Shown piece by piece: positions 7,876 through 16,141 of a stretch of DNA of 16,397 bases. Source of the stretch: a virus (lineage: Duplodnaviria > Heunggongvirae > Uroviricota > Caudoviricetes). The notes under the pieces were generated by a model that saw only the letters and a program-made list of their open reading frames with translations, was not told where the DNA came from and made no database searches. The DNA is taken from IMG/VR virus record IMGVR_UViG_2778261693_000004, positions 1 to 16,397 of that record, one strand, 5' to 3'. Both the position numbers and the translations under genes were made by a program. Each line of letters begins with the position of its first letter. The first letter of the stretch is position 1.

Positions 7876-8256
7876 CTACTCCGCAGAACCATACAATCTA
7901 CGTAACGTGGCGGCGACAGAAGATACAGATATCTCGCCAGTCGCAGCGCCTACAGTAAGGTCTGCCAGTTCAGGTGAATCAAATACCTGCACCCCATTAC
8001 GGCGTAGAAATAGCAGCGCACTGTTTAGCGCGGTACGCTTATTGGCATCATTGAATATATGCCCTCTCGCTGTAGCCACCAGGTAGGTGGCGGAGACTTC
8101 GAAAAGGTCGGTGATCTCTTCGTAGGCAACTCTGGCCTGAACTCTCCCGATAATGGCCTCTGCCCTACCCGGATCTGACATTCCCGGCAGGCCGCCGTAG
8201 CGGTTTATATTCGCATCATGAAGCGCAATAAGTTCTTCCGGTGATATATGCCTCAT
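7876..8256 (-). CDS. doc: Doc toxin (Fic-fold kinase) of the phd-doc addiction module
   Basis: 126 aa ([22 protein letters not shown]…[23 protein letters not shown]…), recognised as P1 Doc. Its start overlaps the phd stop. Confidence 0.95.
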   Translation of the reverse strand: MRHISPEELIALHDANINRYGGLPGMSDPGRAEAIIGRVQARVAYEEITDLFEVSATYLVATARGHIFNDANKRTALNSALLFLRRNGVQVFDSPELADLTVGAATGEISVSSVAATLRRLYGSAE

Positions 8257-8477
8257 TATCGGTTAACCAGTTCCTTGTTGGTGGAGTCCAGGGTGTCAAA
8301 CAGGGATGCAAATTCAGCATCCAGCGCCGCTTTTTTGTAGGCTTCGAAAGTAGCCTTGCTGACAATTACTGCTGGCTCACGGCCTCTGCGGGTGATTTCA
8401 ACCTCTTCCCCGGCTTCAACATTGTTGAGCACTTCAGAAAGGTTGCCGCGCGCGGTACGGAAGTTAATGGATTGCAT
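8256..8477 (-). CDS. phd: Phd antitoxin
   Basis: 73 aa from the ATG at 8475-8477 ([49 protein letters not shown]…), recognised as P1 Phd. GAGGTG Shine-Dalgarno. Confidence 0.93.
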   Translation of the reverse strand: MQSINFRTARGNLSEVLNNVEAGEEVEITRRGREPAVIVSKATFEAYKKAALDAEFASLFDTLDSTNKELVNR

Positions 8478-8484
8478 AAACACC

Positions 8485-8510
8485 TCGTGTACTCGTTATG
8501 TGTACACAAT
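8485..8510. promoter_or_regulatory. Phd/Doc autoregulatory operator with palindromic GTGTACAC sites
   Basis: Perfect palindrome GTGTACAC at 8501-8508 and a one-mismatch copy at 8487-8494, between a -10-like TATAAT on the minus strand and the phd Shine-Dalgarno. Confidence 0.55.
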
Positions 8511-8549
8511 TATAAACTTCACAGGCATAAAGCACCAGCACTTTGCAGC

Positions 8550-8939
8550 TTAAATCACCGGACAATCATCAAATTCCCCACTTCGGGCATCATTAATGAC
8601 ATGAGTGATCACACCAAACACAGCATTACTCCCCGTGCATCCATCGTCATCCACTGGTAACGCCTCTTTCTTCCCGGTGCTTAAATCCTCCAGGTGCTGG
8701 CGCGGATACTTTCGGTATCTCTTTATGCGATATTCACCCTCCATAGCGCACACAAGCAGCGAACCATCAACTGGAGTAAGCGAAGAATCAACCACCAGCA
8801 AAGCACCCTGCAATATTCCCTCACGGTGATGGCTATCAGCTGCCCGCATGAAGTAGGTTGCTGATGGATGTCTAATTATCTGCTGATCAAGAGAAATTCG
8901 GCTTTCAACATAATCCGCCGCAGGAGAAGGGAAACCCAT
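8550..8939 (-). CDS. humD: HumD, UmuD'-like SOS mutagenesis protein
   Basis: 129 aa starting [30 protein letters not shown]…, which aligns with the processed form of E. coli UmuD ([30 protein letters not shown]…); C-terminal [12 protein letters not shown] matches FGVVIHVVKAMR. Confidence 0.9.
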   Translation of the reverse strand: [129 protein letters not shown]

Positions 8940-8958
8940 AGCGTTTTACCTCAAAAAT

Positions 8959-8974
8959 ACTGTTTATCTATACA
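8959..8974. promoter_or_regulatory. LexA box (CTGT-N8-ACAG) in the humD promoter
   Basis: taCTGTttatctatACAGca, about 20 bp upstream of the humD Shine-Dalgarno and ATG, overlapping a plausible TTGCAC/TAATGT promoter on the minus strand. Confidence 0.65.
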
Positions 8975-9113
8975 GCATACATTAAAGAAGCACCTTTGGT
9001 GCAAACGCGTTATGTACATCAACCACCGCTGATGATTTTTGTGCGCTTTGCTACTATTCATCACCGCGGGATCAGCGTAACCTCGTTGCCAATCAGTTAA
9101 TAAGGAATTAGCT

Positions 9114-9698
9114 ATGCCTAATCGCATTCCTCTCGATCCTGTATTGCCCAAAAATTTTGACTGCACTCCTAACGAGAAACGCTCTAAAGCTCAGCTGGAC
9201 GCCTAGTGGGACCATCCATATGGGGTTACACAACCTGACGGGAAAATTGTAGTTTATTGTCTGAATGGTGGGGCGTGGGACCGTCCATCCATGCTTTGTT
9301 TGGCAGATAACTATGATGAAGCCTGTGAACTTGCCGAAAGACAGCAGGCAAGCTGGGTAAAAACACGGTCTGAACCGACATTCATGTTTTCAAAAGAACC
9401 GCCATTTATACTGGCGAGGATGCCGCAGCGACCGGATCATCAACAAGAAATTGTTGCTGAATTTTCCTCAAGGGATGAGATGAATCTCTTCTCATTAAAG
9501 CAGGAAGAAAGGGATCGCGTCGAAGTGTCTCCAACTCTCGACCACAACCGGATGAACCTGGCCCAGCTCGCCTGGTACAGCAAAGAATTAGAGATGTCTA
9601 TTGCCCGGCTTGAAAACGAAAAAGCCGCTATCCAAGTCCAGCACGAAGTAGTTCTGAACCGGATTAGAGAAATGCAAAACGATAACAGGGGATTTTGA
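9114..9698 (+). CDS. Hypothetical protein; reading frame from a well-positioned ATG is interrupted by an in-frame TAG at 9204-9206 (uninterrupted ORF starts at 9291)
   Basis: AAGGAA Shine-Dalgarno 8 nt before the ATG at 9114. Frame is open for 30 codons, then TAG, then continuously to 9698. The ATGs at 9291 and 9314 have no Shine-Dalgarno. The stop abuts the next gene's ATG. Confidence 0.45.
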
Positions 9699-10055
9699 AT
9701 GGCTAAAATCGAGTACCATCGCGATCGCGGTAATTACCTGGAAATATACGATCATGAATCTCTTAACGATATCAACGATGCGTTATATGAATACTGTGAA
9801 AAAACGAGCATCACAGATGCACCTGATGCATTTGTCGAGCTGCCGGTATATCTCCGCGACATCTATGCAATACGAACACCGCCCGTATCGGTGATTCACA
9901 TTGGCTATGTCCGCCTGTCCATCGAAGAAGATGAAGATCGTTATATCGTGCGCCACTATACATTGGACAGAAAAGAACTTCCTAATGAATGGAACATGAG
10001 TAATTTCTACAACGGTGAATATGGCTTAAAATCCGCTAATAATTTACGGTCATAA
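9699..10055 (+). CDS. Hypothetical 118-aa protein, translationally coupled to the upstream gene
   Basis: ATG at 9699 directly follows TGA at 9696-9698. AGGGGA Shine-Dalgarno. Sequence not recognised. Confidence 0.55.
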   Translation: MAKIEYHRDRGNYLEIYDHESLNDINDALYEYCEKTSITDAPDAFVELPVYLRDIYAIRTPPVSVIHIGYVRLSIEEDEDRYIVRHYTLDRKELPNEWNMSNFYNGEYGLKSANNLRS

Positions 10056-10900
10056 TCTATACAGGCATGTATAACAACAACGAGCCTATTAGCTGTCAAC
10101 AACGTTATTTCCTCAAATAAGAAAAAGCAGAAAACAAATTGTTTAAGGTCACAAATTGTGGCCTTGATGGAGGAGGGAGGCTTATTGGCTATGGCTAAAA
10201 ATCAAATTAGACACTTCATGTTGCTGTAGCTCATCAAGATCCGAGGCCACAAAACCTTTTCCGAAAAACTTCACAAGTAACTCACTAGCCGCATCATTGT
10301 CACCTATTACACGAAAGTCATACGGCAACGTCGCAAGTTGACGATGTAATCCTGCTGAGAAAGTCGAATCTAACAGCGCCCAGAATTCCCACCGCAGGAT
10401 AATACTCGCCTCTTAATACTGTATATATGTTGTTACGATATGTTTTTCTGTCTCTAAAAAAAGATGTTTGAAGGGGATAAAAATATACAATTCCAACAAA
10501 CGTTATTTTTAACAATTTTTTTCTTTGCGTTGACTTTCCCGGACACCTTGTCTGACCTAAGGTGCGCGAAAGCCACTTTTTCCTTCCTGAGTTATCCACA
10601 AAGTTATGCACTTGCAAGAGGGCCATTTTCTACATATTGTGGTGGCTAACAGATGAAATGAATGTAGATTAATTGAAGATAAGGAGAAAATTTGAGATGC
10701 AATCATGACGTTAATAGATAGGGTCTGCATTACAGACCCCACCCGCATCAAGGAATTAGCCGTTCCCTGATGTTTTTCCGAAAACATGTGCCGTAAGCTC
10801 ACGTTAACGACTTTCATTCACCGAATCCAACTATATAGGGGTTGGGTTTCTACGTCAACGTGAGCAAGTGCACCTTTACATTTGACAAGGAACCACCTGA

Positions 10901-11038
10901 ATGAACGCTTTTTTTCAGTTCCTGAGTGCATTTTTAGATGCGCCTATTATTAGCCAGATTCTGGCTATTATCCTCATCATCGTTTTGATTTTGCTTTTAA
11001 GGTCAGTAAAAAATGGAATTATGCACTGGCTTACTTAA
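10901..11038 (+). CDS. Small hydrophobic peptide (45 aa), single predicted transmembrane helix
   Basis: MNAFFQFLSAFLDAPIISQILAIILIIVLILLLRSVKNGIMHWLT with AAGGAA 8 nt upstream. Sits in an otherwise ORF-poor AT-rich region. Confidence 0.3.
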   Translation: MNAFFQFLSAFLDAPIISQILAIILIIVLILLLRSVKNGIMHWLT

Positions 11039-11113
11039 TGTTTCAGTGAAACATTAAAATCTCCTTGATGTGGAAACAATCATTTTCTGTATGTGCTGGT
11101 GGGCACCTGTAGT

Positions 11114-11476
11114 TCAGCTTTCGTTGGCATTTAACTTCGTCTTTGCTTTCTCCACCAGCAACTTCCAGATGCCTATTTCATTAGCAGCCGCCTTGATGGC
11201 GGCATAAAAAGCATCTTGCTGATCGTAACGCTGGATCTGTTTTTTCAGTTTTGCCTCCACCAATTTAATTTCATTACGTGCTTTCTGAAGCCGCATCACC
11301 GCCCGGTTACGTCTGTTCTTGTATAGCGTGTTAATCTCTGACAATTGCTTTAATTTACCAGCCTGACTGCGGATTATCGCCTCCCTGGCTTCTGCCGTGC
11401 GTCTCATCTGATCTCTTAAGAGTTCACCGTTTTCGATAATTCTTTCAAGGTGTTTGATGTGATCTGCAACTCTCAT
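11114..11476 (-). CDS. Hypothetical 120-aa basic, probably coiled-coil protein; last gene of a five- or six-gene minus-strand operon
   Basis: Start overlaps the stop of the upstream 293-aa gene. Lys/Arg/Glu-rich heptad-like sequence. Confidence 0.6.
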   Translation of the reverse strand: MRVADHIKHLERIIENGELLRDQMRRTAEAREAIIRSQAGKLKQLSEINTLYKNRRNRAVMRLQKARNEIKLVEAKLKKQIQRYDQQDAFYAAIKAAANEIGIWKLLVEKAKTKLNANES

Positions 11477-12354
11477 ACTTCACCCTCGCTTGTATCACCA
11501 GCGTCCACCAACGACAATAAAGCCCTGGCCATCTTATGAACCAACAGTGCATCAATAATGCCAAGCGTATGCCCCGGCTTAATGTTTAATGCTGCCTCAA
11601 GATGACACCTTTCCAGACCGCTTTTCTCGGCTTGTTTATGATGATATGGCGTAATAACGTCGCCCAAAACACGGCTAATTCTTTCTCGTAATTGCTGGGT
11701 GCCAGCACACTTGATCGCTGTATCGTGGAGACGGTTAACCAGTTCGCGATAAACATGCGGCTTAATGCGGATACGTTCACCGGTGACGCCCTTTCCTGGC
11801 GTAGGCACCGAACTATCCGGAATATCCGGATAGTTGCCAGCCAGTCTACGCAAAACAGCCTTAATTGCATCAATACGGTCATCATCAACTTTTTCTACAA
11901 TATTGGAATTTAAATACTTCGAAGCCTTGCTATGCCAATCGCTGGTTTTAGGGTCTTGTCCATCCATCAAACGCCAAGCTTCAGCGATTAACTCATAGCC
12001 AGTAACAGTGGCTTCCTGCGCATCACCAATCAGTTGTGTGATCTCTCTTTCAAGCATGCTTAGAGCGTTAGGCATTGGTTTTTCTTCCGGTACTACTGGA
12101 ACGGGGGGAGCGGCGTAGACCTCAATAATTCCATTATCAATAGGCCATTCTCCATCCTTGAGGTAGTCACTTGTGCCGTCAACTTGCTGTTCTGCAATGT
12201 GGAATGCACCTATTGGTTTTGCTTCCAGTGATGCCAGAGCAATTCGTGCCAGTTCTTCCGCTTCTTCTGCTGGCAGTACAACGTTGCTACCAGGTCCGTA
12301 TGTTTCGCGCCACTGCTTGATTGTCAGTAGTCGCTCTTTGGTAATAGTGGTCAT
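11473..12354 (-). CDS. Hypothetical 293-aa protein
   Basis: Long ORF overlapping both neighbours by 4 nt (operon coupling). Sequence not recognised. Confidence 0.65.
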   Translation of the reverse strand: MTTITKERLLTIKQWRETYGPGSNVVLPAEEAEELARIALASLEAKPIGAFHIAEQQVDGTSDYLKDGEWPIDNGIIEVYAAPPVPVVPEEKPMPNALSMLEREITQLIGDAQEATVTGYELIAEAWRLMDGQDPKTSDWHSKASKYLNSNIVEKVDDDRIDAIKAVLRRLAGNYPDIPDSSVPTPGKGVTGERIRIKPHVYRELVNRLHDTAIKCAGTQQLRERISRVLGDVITPYHHKQAEKSGLERCHLEAALNIKPGHTLGIIDALLVHKMARALLSLVDAGDTSEGEV

Positions 12355-12866
12355 GCCGCGTTTCCTTCTTTCTTATTAACAATTACACCGTCATATATTT
12401 CATTAAGGTGCCCTCTCAACTCCATGCGCCTTAATGCAGATAACATGTAATCGCATTCAACCTGCTTATTTCCAGTAAATGGCTTATCGTCAGGATTACC
12501 CCAACAGCAATTACCCTTGGGCCACCCATGTACTTTCCGTACTCTTCCGTTAACAACGTGAAGTAATCCCCAGCCAGGTGGTAAATCCTCAATTGAAATA
12601 ATTCCCGGCTCACTAATAAAGAATCGCCAGTCGCCCATTCCAAGAGACGGATTTTTACGAAAACGCTTTTTTCTATCTGCCAACAAGTCAGCACGAGAAC
12701 ACTTCGCCTCTATCAGGCATGATGCTGAATTTCTGAATCCCATAGCATCTGGCTGTTCTCCGGTACTGGTTACAGCTATAAAGCGGTCATGAAAACAAAC
12801 CTTGAACCCGTTGCGCTTAAGGAACTTGTACGCAATCTGACAGAGTTCGCGGTGTGTTAACGCCAT
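12351..12866 (-). CDS. Putative PD-(D/E)xK-fold nuclease (MmcB-like)
   Basis: 171 aa with a D…E-x-K signature (…GEQPDAMGFRNSASCLIEAKCSRADLLAD…). ATG overlaps the stop of the upstream PP-loop ORF. Confidence 0.55.
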   Translation of the reverse strand: MALTHRELCQIAYKFLKRNGFKVCFHDRFIAVTSTGEQPDAMGFRNSASCLIEAKCSRADLLADRKKRFRKNPSLGMGDWRFFISEPGIISIEDLPPGWGLLHVVNGRVRKVHGWPKGNCCWGNPDDKPFTGNKQVECDYMLSALRRMELRGHLNEIYDGVIVNKKEGNAA

Positions 12867-12867
12867 A

Positions 12868-13234
12868 TCACTCTCCTTTGATGCGAATGCCAGCGTCAGA
12901 CATCATATGCAGATACTCAACTGCATCCTGAACCCATTGACCGCCAATCCCGTAATAGCGATGCGTAATGATGTCGATAGTTACTAACGGGTCTTGTTCG
13001 ATTAACTTCCGCAGAAACTCTTCCAGGTCACCAGTGCAGTGCTTGATGACAGGAGTTTTCCCAGGATGGCGAACAACAAGAAACTGATTTCCGACTTCAC
13101 GGACTTCGTTGCTTTCCAGTTCTGCTATCCATAAAAATGAAATGGACGCTAACGCCAGCTTTTCGCTGTGCTTCCATCAGATGAACGAGATAAGCCGATG
13201 TTCGTCCACCTGAAAAGCTGACGACTTGATGCAT
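12868..13234 (-). pseudogene. PP-loop (SGGxxS) ATP-pyrophosphatase-like gene, apparently frameshifted
   Basis: ATG at 13232-13234 gives MHQVVSFSGGRTSAYLVHLMEAQRKAGVSVHFIFMDSRTGKQRSP*. A second frame overlapping it by about 80 nt continues to 12868 (…NQFLVVRHPGKTPVIKHCTGDLEEFLRKLIEQDPLVTIDII…). The switch lies near a T5 run / GGAAAG around 13100-13135. Confidence 0.45.
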
Positions 13235-13243
13235 ACTCACGGT

Positions 13244-13822
13244 TTATTCCTGAATGCGCTTAAACTCGATTACCCATACCAACGGGTTAGATAGCCAGTT
13301 ATCCTGCCCGTAAATACTGCGCCAGATATCACCAAAACCAACGCGATAAACAGCTTCAGATGGCGTAATCTTGTACGTCGCCGGAGTTGCGCCTTCTGCT
13401 TTAGCATCTTCCTCGCTCATGTCATGCAGCCGTTCCACACGCACGTCGGTAATTTCCAAAAGAATGCGCGATGCCCAGCGCGGCATGTGAATTGATGGCG
13501 TCCACTTTTCTGATACTGGTTTATTACAAACCTCGACCGGAACCCGGTGCGTTTGTTCTGTCCAGGAGTTACGCACGCTTGCGCGATAAACCAGCGTTGC
13601 GACGTCCGTCGCTTTGCCATGTACCCGGTAGGTTTCGCGAACCCAAATACGATCGCCCGGTTGACCATATGGACAATGCTTGGCAAGCAACTCTGCGGCC
13701 ACTGCCCGTCCATAGAATTTTTCTTCAACAATCCTGCGAGTCTGTGTTTTATTCCCGCCAAGAATTGCCCGGACCATCTCATCGTTAAAAATCATGCCGC
13801 GCTCTTTCACTTCGCCTTTCAT
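13244..13822 (-). CDS. ASCH-domain-like protein
   Basis: 192 aa. N-terminal MIFNDEMVRAILGGNKTQTRR fits the ASCH G-x-K-x-x-T-x-R signature. GGGGG Shine-Dalgarno. Confidence 0.6.
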   Translation of the reverse strand: MKGEVKERGMIFNDEMVRAILGGNKTQTRRIVEEKFYGRAVAAELLAKHCPYGQPGDRIWVRETYRVHGKATDVATLVYRASVRNSWTEQTHRVPVEVCNKPVSEKWTPSIHMPRWASRILLEITDVRVERLHDMSEEDAKAEGATPATYKITPSEAVYRVGFGDIWRSIYGQDNWLSNPLVWVIEFKRIQE

Positions 13823-13831
13823 GCATCCCCC

Positions 13832-13918
13832 TTACCCATGTGCGACGATGCCGCCAAAAGTGATAGAGAACAGCCAGAAATAGATCGCGGCCATAATGAT
13901 TTTGAATGCCGTGTTCAT
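13832..13918 (-). CDS. Small hydrophobic peptide (28 aa), first ORF of the operon
   Basis: MNTAFKIIMAAIYFWLFSITFGGIVAHG with AGGAG 9 nt upstream. Its stop lies 9 nt before the ASCH gene's ATG. Confidence 0.3.
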   Translation of the reverse strand: MNTAFKIIMAAIYFWLFSITFGGIVAHG

Positions 13919-13945
13919 ATTTTCAGCTCCTGTGATTGATTGGAT

Positions 13946-13977
13946 ACATGCCGCGCCTTGCGGCATGTTTTTATTTT
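13946..13977 (+). terminator. Plus-strand rho-independent terminator in the leader of a minus-strand operon
   Basis: ACATGCCGC-gcctt-GCGGCATGT (9-bp GC-rich stem) followed by TTTTTATTTT. No plus-strand gene upstream. Confidence 0.45.
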
Positions 13978-13991
13978 CACTTTCTCTGTTT

Positions 13992-14008
13992 TAAAAATCA
14001 TTATTTAT
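13992..14008 (-). promoter_or_regulatory. C1 operator in front of the ASCH/PP-loop/nuclease operon
   Basis: ttATTTATTAGAGCAAT, 15/17 to the reverse-complement consensus. Confidence 0.7.
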
Positions 14009-14016
14009 TAGAGCAA

Positions 14017-14523
14017 TTATTGTTGATGGAGAAGCGCGTTTTCATACTCCCTGACCATTAACGTAAGCACGCCGTGCCTCCTGAAAACACGCGCCACTTC
14101 AATCTTATCTTCCAGCGCGAACGCAATTTTGCTTAGACCAATTTTCTTAAGGAGATCAATCTTTGCTGGACCGTCATTTCTGTCATCGGTGGCGGGACGC
14201 ATAGATAGCAAAGGCTCTGCCCCATTTGTTACGTGCTTACGCAACCAGGCTCGTGTTTTATCCCTGGCTATCTCACAGCGCCCGGTTACAAACCAGAGCG
14301 TGTAAATGCTGGACAACTGGCGCACCATATCAATAACTGGAGTGATGGAAGCATCAGTGTCACAGGCAAGGTTAAACTCGTTCCAGTGCTCTGTTAATGC
14401 ACCGTTGCCAGGCGGTGGAAGTAAATGCAGCCTGTCTTCCGTTGCCTCCGATATCGTTCCATCAATATCTACTATGACAATGTACGGACGTTCCTGGTGT
14501 GCGTGTTTATTGAAAATACTCAA
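14017..14523 (-). CDS. HAD-superfamily phosphatase (polynucleotide 3'-phosphatase-like DxDGT motif)
   Basis: 168 aa with motif I VIVDIDGTIS. TTG start with GAGGAGG Shine-Dalgarno 4 nt upstream. Confidence 0.7.
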   Translation of the reverse strand: MSIFNKHAHQERPYIVIVDIDGTISEATEDRLHLLPPPGNGALTEHWNEFNLACDTDASITPVIDMVRQLSSIYTLWFVTGRCEIARDKTRAWLRKHVTNGAEPLLSMRPATDDRNDGPAKIDLLKKIGLSKIAFALEDKIEVARVFRRHGVLTLMVREYENALLHQQ

Positions 14524-14542
14524 ATGCCCTCCTCATTGGACG

Positions 14543-14576
14543 AAAAAAATGCTGGTGGGCGCACTCCACCAGCATT
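14543..14576 (-). terminator. Minus-strand rho-independent terminator after the 420-aa gene
   Basis: AATGCTGGTGG-gcgcact-CCACCAGCATT (11-bp stem) with A7 on the plus strand 5' of it, i.e. a U-run after the hairpin on minus-strand RNA. Confidence 0.55.
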
Positions 14577-14595
14577 AAAAGTGACACTGTAACTA

Positions 14596-15858
14596 TCAGC
14601 GAACGTAAATAGTGCCGCCGTTCACTTTTTCCCATGCATCGCTAAGTGCATAGCAAACATCAAGAAGTCTTCTTGCCGCTGTTTCCTCTAAACCCAATTC
14701 GACAACCAACTGCTCATGACGGCGGGTAACCACATCAAACAGGGTATGCAGCCCTTTAGCTGCCAGATCATCAATAAATTCCGGTTCGAACGGCAGCTCT
14801 GCATCTGCCAACATAACCTCTTGCGCCCACTCAACTCGACGGACCAGTTCCGGGCGGCGGCTTTCCATCTCTTTACAGATCAATTCATGGAAGAACTCTA
14901 CCCAACCTTCCGGCTGGAACTCGCGGAAAATTGCCAACGGCTGGAAGTTTGGCATCAACCATTCGTTGATTCGGATATCAATGGCATAGCCCATGTCGCA
15001 GCAGAACTGATAAGCAAAGTCCAGCTTAGAAACGATATAAGGACGCTCGTTATTGAACTCTTTAGGCGATGAGATCCCATAAGCCAGGAGGCGCGGGAAG
15101 AATGAGATTTGCCCTAACGTCGGATGGAGTTTGCTTGCAGGAAAACGGCGCTCAGTAATGCCATACATTTCCTTCTTGAGCGTCGCAAATTTAGCATTTT
15201 CATTAACCAGCGCGGTAACCTCTGCTTTTTTATTAGCAAATGCCACGCGCGCTTCGCTTGCATCTTTAATAGTTTTTTTGAGCTGTTGGTTAAGATCGGC
15301 GACCTGCTTACGCAGTTCCTGTCGCTCGCTTTTAGCTTTGTTATAGCGTTTCTCAAGGTTAAAAGGATCAAGTTTCATGATCTCTTTATATTGAGATTTT
15401 AGCGTTGAAATCTGTGAGTTCCGCAGTTCAACCATCGCGGTCATTTCATTGAGTTTTGTTTCCAGCTCAATGCTTATACGTTCGGCATTATCAGCACGCT
15501 GGTTGGCGTCATGCGTCGCATCGTCGATCGCGTCCTGTTGCTGGCGTTTCAAATGTTCAATTTGCAGCTGAAGCTCTTCAATTTCTTTACCCTTCAGACC
15601 GAGATCCAACTGCATATTTTCAGCTGCATCTACCAGGGAGTTATGGCTATCAGCTTCTGCGTTATAAACATCAATAAGCTGTGCGTGAAGCATCTCCGCT
15701 GACTGAACCGCATTATCAAAAAAACGCGCTGTGAGGTCATCACAACTAACGCGGCGTTGCGCGGCCCGGATGTTCTGGATAATGGCCGGGATACCGGCAT
15801 TCAGGACGTCAGGGATAGATACATTTTCGATTGATTGGTTTTGTGCTGAAGTGCTCAT
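14596..15858 (-). CDS. Hypothetical 420-aa protein, N-terminal coiled-coil plus a C-terminal globular domain
   Basis: Long ORF; residues about 80-220 are heptad-rich (…EIEELQLQIEHLKRQQQDAIDD…). Sequence not recognised. Confidence 0.65.
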   Translation of the reverse strand: MSTSAQNQSIENVSIPDVLNAGIPAIIQNIRAAQRRVSCDDLTARFFDNAVQSAEMLHAQLIDVYNAEADSHNSLVDAAENMQLDLGLKGKEIEELQLQIEHLKRQQQDAIDDATHDANQRADNAERISIELETKLNEMTAMVELRNSQISTLKSQYKEIMKLDPFNLEKRYNKAKSERQELRKQVADLNQQLKKTIKDASEARVAFANKKAEVTALVNENAKFATLKKEMYGITERRFPASKLHPTLGQISFFPRLLAYGISSPKEFNNERPYIVSKLDFAYQFCCDMGYAIDIRINEWLMPNFQPLAIFREFQPEGWVEFFHELICKEMESRRPELVRRVEWAQEVMLADAELPFEPEFIDDLAAKGLHTLFDVVTRRHEQLVVELGLEETAARRLLDVCYALSDAWEKVNGGTIYVR

Positions 15859-15859
15859 T

Positions 15860-16078
15860 TCAAAGTTCCGTATTAGCTTGTGCTTCGGTCATTTTTCCTA
15901 AGTATGAAGGAGGAAGGACTACGCAATTTGTATCCAGTCCCTCACCTATGGCAGCCTGTAAAATTCTGGCTAAGGTGAGTCTCTTGTTGCGATACCTGGT
16001 GATGACATGCCTGATACCGCCGGTCGGCGTAACAAAGGCGATCAGCCAGTAGTGATATTTCCGTCGGAATGGCCACAT
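15860..16078 (-). CDS. Hypothetical 72-aa protein, first gene of the operon
   Basis: ATG with AAGGTG 5 nt upstream. Stop is 1 nt from the 420-aa gene's ATG. C1 operator pair immediately upstream. Confidence 0.5.
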   Translation of the reverse strand: MWPFRRKYHYWLIAFVTPTGGIRHVITRYRNKRLTLARILQAAIGEGLDTNCVVLPPSYLGKMTEAQANTEL

Positions 16079-16092
16079 AGTGCACCTTGTAG

Positions 16093-16109
16093 ATTGCTCT
16101 AATAAAAAA
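16093..16109 (+). promoter_or_regulatory. C1 operator, proximal site of an inverted pair
   Basis: ATTGCTCTAATAAAaaa, 14/17 to consensus. Confidence 0.6.
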
Positions 16110-16141
16110 CGTTATGAGTGTACATCACGTTTTAAAAATAT

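Noticed and set aside
10318-10817. Minus-strand ORFs of 102 aa and 86 aa in the AT-rich region
   Set aside because: Low-complexity composition, no ribosome-binding sites, mutually overlapping; likely non-coding.
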